Below are positions 14,320 through 28,500 of a stretch of DNA of 64,000 nt, piece after piece (position 1 is the first letter of the stretch; each line of letters opens with the position of its first letter). The DNA lies in the NCBI GenBank assembly GCA_964016885.1, contig OZ024741.1, positions 380,928,001 to 380,992,000 on the forward strand, written 5' to 3'. The stretch is from Eledone cirrhosa. Taxonomy: Eukaryota. Made by a program: the position numbers and the translations under genes. Below the pieces are notes generated by a model. The model was not told the origin of the DNA and ran no database searches. It saw nothing but the letters and a program-made list of their open reading frames with translations.

Positions 14320-14378
14320 TTCATTCTGAGGATTGAAAGGAAAATCTTTTGCTTTTAAGAAACCACTGGTAAATGGAA
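14320..14378 (+). ncRNA. hammerhead ribozyme
   Basis: ttcatt CTGAGGA [ttgaaagg...cttttaa] GAAA CC ACT GG TA aatggaa; degenerate inner copies (CTGTAGA) at ~11810-11872 and ~13027-13087. Confidence 0.75.
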
Positions 14379-14403
14379 TAATTGCCTTATGTTGTTTATT
14401 ACA

Positions 14404-14443
<40 letters not shown>

Positions 14444-14596
14444 TGTAATAAATATATATATAACGAAGGAAATGTGGTAAGGAACCAGGTGGGCCATATA
14501 TATATATATATATATATATATACCAATATAAATATATATATATACATATATATCAAAATGAAAATCCGAAGGCAAGGTAAAATTCCAATCATTTAA

Positions 14597-14670
14597 TCAC
14601 GACACATGTTTCAATAAGAGATAGATCGATTGTGAAGCCATGATCGATTATCACTGAACTCATCAGGTGA
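14597..14670 (-). ncRNA. hammerhead ribozyme
   Basis: reverse complement of 16069-16142. Confidence 0.6.
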
Positions 14671-16068
14671 AAATGAATTGTCTTCAAATTCTTGATATGA
14701 GGGAGAAAAAAACGATGTTCTCTTACAGAATTCATTCCCTCATTTGGAGACACACCAGTCAGTGAGAGACATGGCGACTGCTATTAGCTTTAGTTGAGGT
14801 CATAAAAGTTTTCAGATTTCTATCGCTGGCCATCAATCAAATCTGTAGGGATACAGTCAGTCACAGTTAAAAGTGAGTGGGTACACACACACTCCACACC
14901 CATACATCGGCGCGAGGTCAAAGAAAAATATATACATATCAACACAGTATTAAACCCGTAGAATTAGCGTGGGTGGGTACACACACACTTTCACACACAC
15001 CGAAGCGATGTCCGAGAAAAAACATAAGAATATACCAACACAGCACTCACCAAAAGTTAGTTCGTAAAGCAACAGAAGTTATGTCGGTCAAATCTCAATT
15101 TGACGATGAAAATTGGAAATATCGGGTTAACCAACGCTACACACATACACACACATGCGCGTGCGCGCAAGTAAGTTCAGTTCAGTGTTCCGCTATACGT
15201 GTATAGATCCAATTGTAACTTCCATATTTTTAAGTGTGTGCTATGGTTTATGGTATATACACATCCGAATCGTCCAAAAAATGGGGGTGGGGGGGCATGT
15301 CCGGGTATATACACATCCATGTGAAGAGCAAGCAATCAGCTCATGTCGAACACCTTGTGCACCTTGTCCAGTTGAGAATCCGAGTCACCAAATCCGTGCC
15401 CGCAAGTGCGATTTCCCGTCACATGGGCCAATGAGCTTTTAAGTTAGTTGTTTGAGTGGTGGAGGTGTGTTATCCAACACAGAAGGTGAAGTGAGAAAAC
15501 ACAGGACAGTAAAATCCAAAGGATGTGTTTAGGCCCAGTAATGGTGTGTCAGTAACATTGTTCAATCCGTAAGAGTGAGTCCTCCATGGTTAGATGATCA
15601 CGCATCAAAACCTGGTGTAGTGTTCAGTCGGTAGGAACGTGACACTCGTAAATGTGGGAGCTCAATGTCTAAAGGAAGCGGGTACTGTGTGTAGAGCGTA
15701 ATCGGTCCTAACTAAGTGTGTAATCAATCTAACTATTTACTAGCTAGGTATTCTAAAAGAGAGCACTCAGCTGGTAGAGAACTCCGGGGAAACAGGCCGA
15801 GTATCGTTTGCAAGTGCGCAAACAATCTTAGCCGTCTAACTACCTAAGTGTGTGACTGTCCGTTTATTGCGAGAACTCTATGGCTAAAGTAGAGAGGGAG
15901 GAGTTATTGGTAGGTTACCTTCCAAAAATCCTGCGGAAGGTTTTCGAGGTTCTATGTTGACAGTTGCTGAAAAAAATCTGCTCTTCTATTAATTAATAGG
16001 GGGCCTTCTCTAATAATATTAAAAGTATTTTTTCTCCCTCATATCAAGAATTTGAAGACAATTCATTT

Positions 16069-16142
16069 TCACCTGATGAGATCAGTGATAATCTATCATG
16101 GCTTCACAATCGATCAATCTCTTATTGAAACATGTGTCGTGA
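16069..16142 (+). ncRNA. hammerhead ribozyme
   Basis: tcac CTGATGA ... GAAAC ATGT GTC gtga; the base of stem II is imperfect. Confidence 0.62.
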
Positions 16143-16327
16143 TTAAATGATTGGAATTTTACCTTGCCTTCGGATTTTCATTTTGATACTTATACTCCGT
16201 TTTACATCATCTAGCTGTTCCCTCGAAAGGAATTGGAGATATACAAAAGTGTGGAGAACTTAATATTGCTAACATAAAATTATTGGACCATTTTACACAA
16301 CCAATAATGCACCTTACTATATAACAA

Positions 16328-17431
<1,104 letters not shown>

Positions 17432-17432
<1 letters not shown>

Positions 17433-18560
17433 AAGTTAGTCCTTCATCAGTGATCTTCCAACCATCATTGGTATTTCATCGCTTTAAAGATAATATACCT
17501 CCGGTTGGTGGGAGCAACGGCTAAAAAAAGTCGTTGGGACACGTAAATAAAGGGGACACGAGAGTGTAAACAACCAAAGATGGTGAAGCAACGAAAAGTG
17601 AGAAAGAAGGAGTCAAGTCCCAAATTTCCATGAATATAAATTCGGTGAAATCGTGAACGAAAGAGAATAAAGACCATCAAACCTGGTTGGAATGTGAGCA
17701 AGGAAGTAATTCCGTACAGGTCTAACGGGAGGAAGAAGGGATTTAGTCTGTGAATTCGGTGAACGTAAGTTCTGTGAAATCGTAGACGAGAGAGAGAAAA
17801 AAAGCGACCTGCCTGACCAAGGGTGCGAAAGAAAAGAATTACGCACAGGTCAAACGGGAAGAAGGAGGAAGAGGAGAGGTAGTAACAGAGAATGAGTGAG
17901 TGAAGGGTGAGGAAGAGGCTAACAGAGAGAGTGACTGTTAGAGAGGGTAAAGATACAGAGAAAGTGGAAGCAGTAAGAACGAAATAGACGGGTCACAGCG
18001 GGGGAAACAATATGTGTAAATATGAGAATAAACGTGCTGCGTGGTTGCTAATGGGTTACATATGAATAAAGTTAGTCCTTCATCAGTGATCTTCCAACCA
18101 TCATTGGTATTTCATCGCTTTAAAGACCATATACCTCCGGTTGGTGCGAGCAACGGCTAAAAAAAGTCGCTGGGACACGTAAATAAAGGGGACACGAGAG
18201 TGTAAACAAACAAAGATGGTGAAGCAACGAAAAGTGAGGAAGAAGGAGTCAAGTCCCAAATTTCCATTCCTTCTTCCTCACTTTTCGTTGCTTCACCATC
18301 TTTGTTTGTTTACACTCTCGTGTCCCCTTTATTTACGTGTCCCAACGACTTTTTTTAGCCGTTGCTCGCACCAACCGGGGGTATATGGTCTTTAAAGCGA
18401 TGAAATACCAATGATGGTTGGAAGATCACTGATGAAGGACTAACTTTATTCATATGTAACTCATTAGCAACCACGCAGCACGTTTATTCTCGAGAAGCGA
18501 AAACCAACCAAACAGTGAGTGTGTTCTGTTATTAATTCTGGCAATATTACACAAATATGA
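17432..18560. mobile_element. tandem/inverted non-coding repeat unit (PLE-like geometry)
   Basis: 17432-17631 repeated at 18068-18266 and inverted at 18267-18491; another piece at 19575-19635; carries only the HHR half CTGATGAAGG. Confidence 0.6.
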
Positions 18561-18589
18561 CCCTCCCCAAGTATAACAATATATAGATA

Positions 18590-19560
18590 TATATAAAGTA
18601 TGAATTCCTACGTGTAAAAAATACATATAGGGAAACAAGTATTATCCAACCGTATGCCAATGTGGTTCTATGGCGGGTTAATAAATTAACAAGCCAGAAC
18701 ATATAAAATCGAGGTCTAGCAAATAGAGAAAACGTTTTAAAAAAACTTTTTTAAAATTCGCTGTACTTACTATATGTGCCTTTACCGCGGTTTCATGCTC
18801 CAGAATAAACGGAAAATCCAAGCGGAATTTCCATTGAGAAGGGAGCAATCTTCAGAAGGCTGGCTCTTCTTCCTCGGAGAATATAAAATTCCCGAGTTCA
18901 AATCACAAACTGACGCCATACAAAACCATTCCCAAATGAGAGCGGATGATGAAAGAAATAATTCTGTCTGGTGCCGTGTTCAAAGACAAAAGGCAGGGTG
19001 GACAGGTCAATGTCCTGCCACTAGAAATAGCAGCAGTCCAAACGGCCACAATTTTACATAAGGGGGAGATCAATAATAATAATGTATGAATTCCTACGTG
19101 TAAGAAATACATATAGGGAAACAAGTATTATCCAACCGTATGCCAATCTGGTTCTATGGCGTGTTAATAAATTAACAAGCCAGAACATATAAAATCGAGG
19201 TCTAGCAAATAGAGAAAAAGTTTTAAAATAAATAAAAAAAAATTTGCTGTACTTACTATATGTGCCTTTACTGCGGTTTCATGCTCCAGAATAAACGGAA
19301 AATCTAAGCGGATTTCCATTGACAAGGGAGCAATCTTTAGAAGGCTCTTCTCCCTCGGAGAATATAAAATTCCAGAGTTCAAATCACAAACTGACGCCAT
19401 ACAAAACCATTCCCAAATGATAGTGCATGATGAAAGAAATAATTCTGTCTGGTGCCGTTCTGGAGCATGAAACCGCGGTAAAGGCACATATAGTAAGTAC
19501 AGCGAATTTTTTAAAATTTATTTTAAAACTTTTTCTCTATTTGCTAGACCTCGATTTTAT
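18590..19560 (-). mobile_element. non-coding tandem plus inverted unit (pLTR-like, no canonical HHR)
   Basis: ~18597-18979 repeated at ~19083-19459; 19457-19560 is an inverted copy of ~18701-18805; TA at the ends. Confidence 0.7.
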
Positions 19561-19632
19561 ATATATATATATATATGAATAAAGTTAGTCCTTCATCAGT
19601 GATCTACCAACCATCATTGGTATTTCATCGCT

Positions 19633-19669
<37 letters not shown>

Positions 19670-19675
<6 letters not shown>

Positions 19676-20539
19676 CAATATGTTGAAAAGGTATCACACT
19701 AGAGAGATATACAGTGCGCTATCAATATTGGATTTGTACGTGTGTTATATAGTTATAGAGGTATTCATTTACGCTTTAATTTATATTTTTAATTATCGTG
19801 TCTATAGTCTGCCTTTCATGGGTTATAGATTCCATACACTGGTGGTTTTTTCCCCCTGTTTTATTGATAGCGCACTGTATATCTCTCTCTAGTGTGTTAC
19901 CTTTTCAACATATTGTATTTTAAAGAGCTCAGGATTTCTTCTCCTTTGAGCACATTAGTTACAGGGAATGGCGAGGGCCTATGGCTCCGTTAATTTATCG
20001 TGATATTTCGCTCCTTATAACAGTCTTTCCTATCTCTCTGTTTGGTTGAGCACACTTCTCTGAGTGGTTTTGGGCTGCCCTTTCTAGCAGCTCGTCTCTC
20101 AGAGGCCACTGGTTCACTGCCCTTAAACACGCTGTGACTTCTCTCTCCCACGTGTAGCTGGACAGTCACTTTTAAAATTCTCTTAGTGTTGTCTGAAATG
20201 TATAGCCTTACACACGCAGAGGAACCGAGTTTATTCCATTTCTGTCAACAACTTACTGGTGAAACAGATCTCTTTGGATTTGTACGTGTTATAGAGGTAT
20301 TTATTTACGCTTTAATTTATATTTTTAATTATCGTGTCTATAGTCTGCCTTTCATACGTTATAGATTCCATACACTGGTGGTTTTTTCCCCTGTTTTATT
20401 GATAGCGCACTGTATATCTCTCTCTAGTGTGTTACCTTTTCAACATATTGTATTTTAAAGAGCTCAGGATTTCTTCTCCTTTGAGCACATTATTTACCGG
20501 GAATGGCGAGGGCCTATGGCTCCGTTAATTTATCGTGAT

Positions 20540-20540
<1 letters not shown>
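19670..20540 (+). mobile_element. non-coding inverted plus tandem unit (pLTR-like, no canonical HHR)
   Basis: 19670-19726 is an inverted copy of 19862-19922; 19728-20004 repeated at 20274-20539; TA flanks. Confidence 0.7.
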
Positions 20541-20590
<50 letters not shown>

Positions 20591-20621
20591 GTATATATAT
20601 ATATATGTATGTATATATATT

Positions 20622-20676
<55 letters not shown>

Positions 20677-20679
<3 letters not shown>

Positions 20680-21496
20680 GATATTAAATAAATGGAAACT
20701 ATATTTATAAAACCATATTTATTGTATATACATTTCTAGGGTACCAAAACAACATTGGTACGCTTTCAACATACAAAGTTTGTTTCATAAGTAGAGACAT
20801 ACCCATGAAAATCATACCTTATCGGTTGGAAATTTACTGGATAGTGGAAATATATTAGGGATTATTCAAACTTATGTGTGAATATGCAAATGAATATGTA
20901 AATAATTGAAAAACAACCGTTTATTTAAATAACAATGGAGAAAGAGAGAGAGGAGATATAAGGGGATAAAGATACAAAATAGTACGAGAGAGAGAGAAGA
21001 AATAAAACAAGAGAGGGTGAATAAAACTCATATAACGTTAATTTGGGGTAATATATTCTAAGTATATATCTTAATATTACGTGTATTTACGATTATTAGT
21101 TGTTTAAAATTCTCTTCTAATATAATACTTTCTGTTATAAGTAGATAAATAAATAAATAAAATTAAAAAAATAAATAAATACATGGGTATATCATGTTAT
21201 AGATAATTGTTTTAATGAGTTATGAGGGATATTGATTTTGTATTTAATGTAAGTAAATATTAAGTTAAATTAAACTAAATTAAGTTAGCTAATAAGAATA
21301 TTTATATTTATATATTTTAAAATGGGAAGATACGGAAAACCTCAGTTTAATTTATTTATTCGTTAATTTAATTTATTTATTCGTTAGTATGAGACTATTT
21401 AGTCAAAATACGTATAAATATTGAAAGATATATTTAGCCAGAATCAGAATCCTTTATATTTGTCGGACTTCCAACAAATTAAATACCCCTTCTACT

Positions 21497-21500
<4 letters not shown>
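20677..21500 (-). mobile_element. PLE 3'-end remnant of the 10.7/57.3-kb family
   Basis: Shares AAATGGAAACTATATTTATAAAACCATATTTATT with 10748 and 57241; HHR core decayed. Confidence 0.6.
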
Positions 21501-21542
<42 letters not shown>

Positions 21543-21658
21543 GTATGTTTGGCAATATACTGTATGCTTAATTAAAAACATTTTGAAGGACTTGCGCTAT
21601 TATTTAAAAGTAGTGACTATGTCACTTACTTCTTTTGTCAACAAACGAAGGCAGATAT

Positions 21659-21698
21659 GCTGACAGATCTGTTTCATCGTGCTGATGTTCATCAGAGC
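21659..21698 (-). ncRNA. hammerhead ribozyme
   Basis: gct CTGATGA [acatcagcacgat] GAAAC AGATCT GTC agc; stem II is weak in this copy. Confidence 0.65.
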
Positions 21699-21966
21699 TT
21701 AGCACTCGCCGACCTTTGTTGAAAATTATAGAGGCTGGATTCTTATAGAATTCCAGTAATAATCAGGAACTGATTTAATTAAGCATACAGTATATTGCCA
21801 AATATACTATACATATATTCATGTATACATTGCTATTTCAGAGCACCAATCCTAATTTTCAATTTTTGCTGGACCAGTAATCGCTCAGTATAATCAGTTC
21901 CTGATTATTACTGGAATTCTATAAGAATCCAGCCTCTATAATGTTCAACAAAGGTCGGCGAGTGCT

Positions 21967-22010
21967 AAGCTCTGATGAACACCAAGAGTGTGAAACAGAT
22001 CTATCAGCTT
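21967..22010 (+). ncRNA. hammerhead ribozyme
   Basis: aagct CTGATGA acac caaga gtgt GAAAC AGATCT ATC agctt. Confidence 0.75.
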
Positions 22011-22189
22011 ATCTCCCTTCGTTTGTTGAAAAATAAGTAAGTGACATAGTCACGACTTTAAAATAATAGTGCAAGGTCTTCAAAATGTTTTTAATTAAGC
22101 ATACAGTATATTGCCAAATATACTATACACATATATATATATACATATATATATATATATGTATATATATATATGTATGTATATATATT

Positions 22190-22228
<39 letters not shown>

Positions 22229-24409
22229 ATGTATATATATTGGTATATATATATATGTATACATTGCTATTTCAGAGCACCAATCCATATATATATACAC
22301 ACCACACACATATGATATATATAATGTACTCAATAGTTTTAATTGCTTTGGTTTTTCTGTAAGTTATTGCACTGATAATATTATAAAACAGGAATTGTTT
22401 GCTTCTATATTTATTATAGTTGGTTTAATCAAAAGAAGTCTTTTTGAAAATATTGCAAATAGTCTATACCAAAGTTTCTGTAGCTTTTCCATATTTTCTT
22501 TCATTTTTATTACATTCGGAACTGTATGGTTGCCGGTTCCAATTTGTCTTTATCTATTTTAGTCCATGCTTGTCTCAGCTTGTTAAATACACTGGAGTAT
22601 GAAATACATTGTATGGATTCTGTTTTCTATTTTCTCACTTCTTATTTTGGAGCCATAAATATGTCATCGTTCCTCATATTTGACATAAAGATTCGTCTAG
22701 TGATTCCTTTTTAATTTCAAAATTTCCACACAAGTTGTTTTACCCTCACTTTGGTCAAATTGTTTTGGAGAGAATTGCTTGAGTAATCAGAGAAACTGAT
22801 TTATTATGCCATTCCTAACACACCATTAACCATAAAATTTGTTATATATTAATTGTTGTTGCATATATGGCAGAATGGTTAACTCTATGATGCATATTGT
22901 TAATAATTCTTGACATTCCAAATAGTTCGTTCTTAATGGGAAGAAAACAACAAAATTTAAAGCTTGGCCAGAACTCTAAAGATTCTTTAGATTTCAACAT
23001 TATTATACGCTATCAATTATAATTCCTTGCAGTTGTTGCAGAATTATTGACATTTAAATAATGTATGTATATAATCTATATTATAATAACAGTACTGTCT
23101 GTCTATCTGTCCACCCGTCCCTCTGCCAGTCATGCTCACTCTGTTTAGCGAGGGGGAGTACCATGCAAGAGAAATGTACATAGATAGAGAGAGAAAAGGG
23201 AATGCCATTTGTTTATAGAGAGTGTATGTCTGTGTGTGAAGGAAAGAAGGAGAAGACAACGTTGCCCTTATCTATGTAAAGAGAGCTAGAGTGCCAAGCA
23301 AAAGAAATGTACATTGACAGAGAAAGGAAAGGAACATCATTTGTTTAGAGAGAGTGTGCGTGTGTGTGATGGAAAGAGAGGAGATGACATCACACTCATC
23401 TAGTATATGTATATATACACGCACACATGCACACACATATACATACACACATATACATACATATAATCCAATCATATTTTGTTCAGTCAGACAAGACTAA
23501 GAACCACAATAAAATCAACGAAGAATCTTATAATTCATGTAACTTAAAGTTCAATATTTGGTCAAGCACATTGTACGTTATAATTTTTATCGCAACATAT
23601 CACATCACTGAAAAAAATTAAATATAAAGTATTACTCTTCAATTCTTCAACCATCCACCCAACCACCTAAGTACACACACATGTATATACATGCTTATAC
23701 ATACACACATAAACATTTAAAATACAAGCATTCTACTCAATCTTACTCTCTCACATAATTAGTAATATATACACACACACTTTCAGGAACAAACAAATAT
23801 ATATACACAACATGCCAAGAAAAACACATACACTTTCCTTATTAAATTGACAAGTTATATTTTATTGAAAACAATAAATCAATTATTTACATTTAACTTT
23901 TAACATCCTGTAATGATTTGGCAGAAAAGGTCTAAAGTCTAGTTTGCTAATTCAAACGTTTATAGTAACGTTTGTTTATAAATATTTACATTGCTATATT
24001 GAAAATTTGTCACACTTAGTGTTGAATTGTTGTTTAGGTCTTTCCGTTATGATTCTATATTCTTGTGTATTATATTTATAGAGGTCCTAGCAATAATTAA
24101 TTGATTATATGTATGTATTTCTATTTAATCTTATTTATTTTTTATATGAAAATATATATTAGAATAAACATATAAAAATAAATATTTAAAAACATTAAAA
24201 TGTGCCGAAATAAAAGTAATGATTTTAAACCTTTTGATAACAGTCTACCCAAAATCGACCCAGGGTCTATGAAACAAAATAACCCATTTTAAAGTGTTCC
24301 TATTTAAATCAAAATCTTTGCTAACTTAATAATGAAATAATTTAATAAACTCCTGCAAACACTTCCTAAATCCATGCAAATACAGACTATTATTTCATAT
24401 GATAATTGT

Positions 24410-24580
24410 TTCTACTTTTGGCACAAGGCCAGCAATTATTCTAGTGCATTACTGGTGCGTTATATTATTGACCCCGTTAGGATGAAAGGCAAAGCTAATC
24501 TCAGCGGGATTTGAACTCAGACCATAAAGGGCCATAACTCTATGCTGCAAAACATAGTGTCCGACTCTCTATCGATAGTC
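24410..24580 (-). mobile_element. SINE fragment (GAGTTCAAATCCCGC...GCCTTTCATCC family)
   Basis: B-box-like GTTCAAATCC plus a conserved body shared with 27905-28065, 38105-38320, 41630-41800, 3360-3510, 32510-32670 and 34500-34650. Confidence 0.6.
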
Positions 24581-25619
24581 AAAGTGTTGTTTTGTACTTT
24601 TTTAAAGAATGCTTTGCTAATGTGGTTTGTTGCAGTAATTCCCAATCCCACACATCTACAAAAATATGAACACAATAACACCATTAATTTCAAGATGATA
24701 AAAAAAAGCAGAATCTCATCTAATCTGCATATAATGTGAAACTTGGAACTAACAGCCAACCACTACAACTTTTTCTTGTTCTTCTTCTTCTTCTTTCCTC
24801 TCCAGCCCCCTCCCCCCTCTCTCCAAGAAGAAGAAGTATTTAGCAGCAGTCAGATCTAGAGAGGGATGGGTCCAACATGTTTAAAATACCCAAGACACAC
24901 TGCCTTTACACTCTTCAATTACTCCACTAGGGTTTATGGTATGTGTGTCACTGACTCTAATGTTGTAACAATACAGTACTGTATTCTAATGCAGTAGCAA
25001 TATATTATGGTACTTTCAAAAGATAAATTACTTTCATATTGATTATGCCAGAATATTTTATTATTGATTTATTGCTGTTTTTCACATAGGAACGAAAAAT
25101 TTAAGTCATTGTAGATAATTCTATTTGCAACGTGATGTGAAATAAGATAAGATAAAAAAAGATGTCTTTCTAGTAGGATTTGCTAAACAAGATATAATCA
25201 ATAATCTTAGGATATAATTAAAGGTATTGAATTTCACAAATATATGTTGATACAGAGGAGTAAAGAATCAAGCAAACAGGTCAAAGTGTTAATTGTAAAA
25301 ATGAATAGAGGAGAGAATTCAATAGTTCATATGATTAACAAAGAGTTAATATGACTATCAGTATGTAGCACTGATTTAAGAAGGAATAAAAATAAAAACC
25401 GATATTATAACTTAATTGAGGAGCTCATGGGCATCTGGATGATGTGCTACATATAACTGTTATATTCTACATAAACAAACCATACCATGATTGAAAAGAA
25501 CTCATTGGTATGGAATGAACTTAGAACAGTTACAACTGTTTGATCAATGGAACAGTCTGAATGTGAAATTCATGTGAAAGTTGAGTATTCCACAGGCACT
25601 TTATATATATATATATATA

Positions 25620-26088
25620 TATGATGCCTGTGTGAGATGCACGATGTTGCATGGTAGTAAGACATGGGCAGCAACTGCAGAAGATATGCGACGGCTGGAG
25701 AGAAATGAAGCAGGCATCGTCCGTTGGATGCGCAATGTAAATGGACATGAACGACTGAGCATGGATGAGTTGAGAGAGAAACTGTGTTTAAGAGGGTTAA
25801 GTTGTAGTGTGTGGGAGAGAAGACTGTGATGGTATGGACATGTGATGTGCATGGAGGATGACCTCTGGGTAAAGAAATGCCAAGAAATTCCAGTAGAAGG
25901 AAGATGCAGTATAGGAAGACTACGAAAAACTTGGGCGGAGGTGGTGAGAGCAGACCGCAGATTGCTGAAGCTCACGGAGGAGATGGCAAAGAATCGTGAC
26001 AAGTGGAGAGATGCTATGCTGAATAGGGCCTGTCCCACGCTTGCAACCAGGGAAAAGTGGATGTAAAATGAGGATGATGATGATGATA
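25620..26088 (+). pseudogene. RTE LINE 3' fragment with (GAT)n tail
   Basis: YDACVR..MLHGSKTW...RRL*WYGHVM...GRLRKTW...DKWR; internal stop. Confidence 0.85.
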
Positions 26089-26965
26089 TGTATATATGAT
26101 ATAATAATCCTTATTAATTCTTTTTAATTGTAATACTCAACATTTGATAAGATGAATTTCACTAATACATCGAAACTGGTAATACTTAATACACTTTATA
26201 TACATTATAAAACTATTTTTTCAAAAGAATTGTCCCTCTCATTTTTTCAATAGTGCCACTTTGACTATTCAAAGATAAGGAAAAAAAAAAAAGAAAAACA
26301 GACCCTTAAATATATTTTCAGTGCTATTTCCAATCTCACCTTTTCTCTATAACCAGTTTTGTATAGAAAATTACTTCCCTTTCCAAATATATATATATAT
26401 ATGATATTCTACAGGTGGTATGGCGCATGTTTCTGATATTCTCAGGCATGACATCCTTAATGTTATTTTGGTTATATATACCGTTCTATATACTGTTTGG
26501 TTATATATACTGAGCTTTTTCTGTTGAAAGGATTTGGCTTCTATTTCTAGCTGTCGATAATCCTATACATGTCACTGGGTTGACAGTGGCATGATGTGTA
26601 ATTTCTAAAAAAATCAACAAGTGCTTTTCATCATTTCCAGATTTCCTTTTAGTGTGTAATCACAGTTAAATCTCCTTTGCCAATGATATGGGATTTAGCA
26701 TCTGTTATTTGCCGATTAATGGTGAAATATATTTCTTTAATAAAATATATACAAAGGAGATTAATCATTATTGCAAGTTATCTATATTCAAGGTTCTTGT
26801 TAATGTTTAATATGTTACCTACGTAATTATGTCTGTTTACACTCTTACAAATTATCCCCGGTAATTGTTTGATGTGTTTATTTTATATATATATAATGCT
26901 ATATATATATATATATATATTTCATTTTAATTTACAAAATTCTTCTTATTTTTCTTCACCCACAT

Positions 26966-27275
26966 ATTCCTGAGCTGGTCGTTGGGGTAGAGTCCTCCAG
27001 CTGGATCCTCAAGCGAGACCAACCAAGCTCATTGATATTATCCAACCATCTTTCTCAGGGTCTACAACTGGGTCACTTGCCGGTTGGATTTGCCTGTAAA
27101 ATCTGACCAGCCATTCTTTACAAAGACATTCTAACCACATGCCCGTAGTAGTGGAGTCGTGATCTCTCAATTTGGAGAAGGAGCATTTCTACCTGGAGTG
27201 CCTCAGAGTTATGCAATTTATTGAGTAACATTACTCCAAAGTCCCTTCAGAGGAATCCCATTTCAGCTGCCTGTA
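26966..27275 (-). pseudogene. degenerate RTE-like LINE 3' fragment
   Basis: IERSRLHYYGHVVRM...GQILQANPTG...WLDNINELG; same family as 37020-37445. Confidence 0.65.
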
Positions 27276-27904
27276 TTTATTTTGCAAGGTTGTTCTTCCT
27301 ACACAAAACACACTTTTCAAGGGAACAAAAAAAAAAACAAATAAAAAAAGAAAACGAAAAGAAGAAAAAGAAAAAATAATCAAGCAATGAAAGAAAGGAA
27401 GAGAGGGAGGGACAGACTTCAGTTCAAGCAGTGCCTCTGCCGTACCCTATAGACAATATAGTAAAAGTGTTAACACTGAGAATTGCCAGTGACACCCACT
27501 ACAACAACCACCCCACCCCATAGGGCTCCCTCGTCAAGTAGGCTGCCATCTTTCCATTACCCAAAATTTCATTCTCAGAGAGACTTAGCATGATACAGTG
27601 TGATGAGCTTCCAGACAGTTCCCATCTACCTAATTTCAATTACAATGATTGGGTTAGCCAGAATCTATGGTAAATGACTACTAACAGAATATAATACATC
27701 ATAGTAGATAGCTATTAATTCTTTCTTACCTTTTCTTTTTAAACAATCGACAAGATGCCAGACCCCATTCCCTTATTGAGTGGGTTGGAACTCGTCAAAT
27801 TGTACCAAGGAAACAATGTTTCCATTGGGTTTTTCATTGCTTGTACTATCTACTGGTTGCCAATTATCTACTGGTAACACATTATTTCACGCAGTATCGG
27901 TAGA

Positions 27905-28500
27905 GGGTCGGACGCCATGCTTTCCAGCATAGTTACGTCCCTTTACGATCTGAGTTCAAATCCCGCCGAGGTTGACTTTGCCTTTCATTCTTACGGGGTC
28001 GATAAAATAAAGTACCAGTAATGCACTGTGTAATTGCTCGCCTTGTGCCTAAAGTAGAAACAATTATTTCACAATATGCAATGAAGTGTCTTGCTCAAGG
28101 ACATAACTCAATGCCTGGTTTGGGAATCCAACTTGCAGTCTCATCATCATCATCATCATCAGGTTTAGCGTCCGTGTTCCACGCTTGCATGGGTTTGGAC
28201 GGGGGTTTTCCCACTTGAGGCAAGAGTGGTTGTCTTGCTCGCATAGGACTGTCTGGCGGGTTTTCTACAGTTGGATGCCCTTCCTAACACCAACCACATT
28301 TACAGTGTGGGGCTGGGAGGTTTTTACCGTGTTGCCTACATGGCCACATTACAGCGTGGACTGTCTGGCGGGTTTTCTACAGCTGGATGCCCTTCCTAAC
28401 ACCAACCACATTTACAGTGTGGGGCTGGGAGGTTTTTACCGTGTTGCCTACACCTCATGATTGTGAATCCAATTCTCTAATCACTGAGCCATGTGCATTC
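27905..28500. mobile_element. nested SINE cluster
   Basis: + SINE 27905-28065; - SINE 28070-28500 interrupted by a (TCA)n-tailed piece containing a ~120-bp tandem duplication. Confidence 0.6.

Larger units (their letters stand above)
10092..14410 (-). mobile_element. PLE fragment forming a ~4.3-kb inverted repeat
   Basis: Arms ~10156-12326 and 12606-14410; GIY-YIG endonuclease in the centre; two pLTR copies per arm separated by TA/TG-rich DNA. Confidence 0.85.
14551..16320 (-). mobile_element. degenerate PLE with inverted pLTRs
   Basis: Inverted arms 14551-14712 and 16028-16188, each with an HHR; interior decayed, with only weak PLE-like traces (TITGPK); TA flanks. Confidence 0.7.
21535..22290. 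mobile_element. non-coding mini-PLE with inverted HHR-bearing arms
   Basis: 21535-21775 inverted versus 21893-22130; short direct duplications; HHRs at 21659-21698(-) and 21967-22010(+). Confidence 0.75.

Noticed and set aside
18395-18450. GAAA...CTGATGAAGG as a permuted (type II) hammerhead
   Set aside because: No valid stem III/UH closure or stem I; at most a truncated HHR half
18805-18870. Minus-strand CTGAAGA...GAAA in the 18.6-kb unit
   Set aside because: No stem I pairing, and the second copy reads CTAAAGA
22330-23050. Possible host exon or transposase remnant
   Set aside because: No sustained reading frame or recognisable motif
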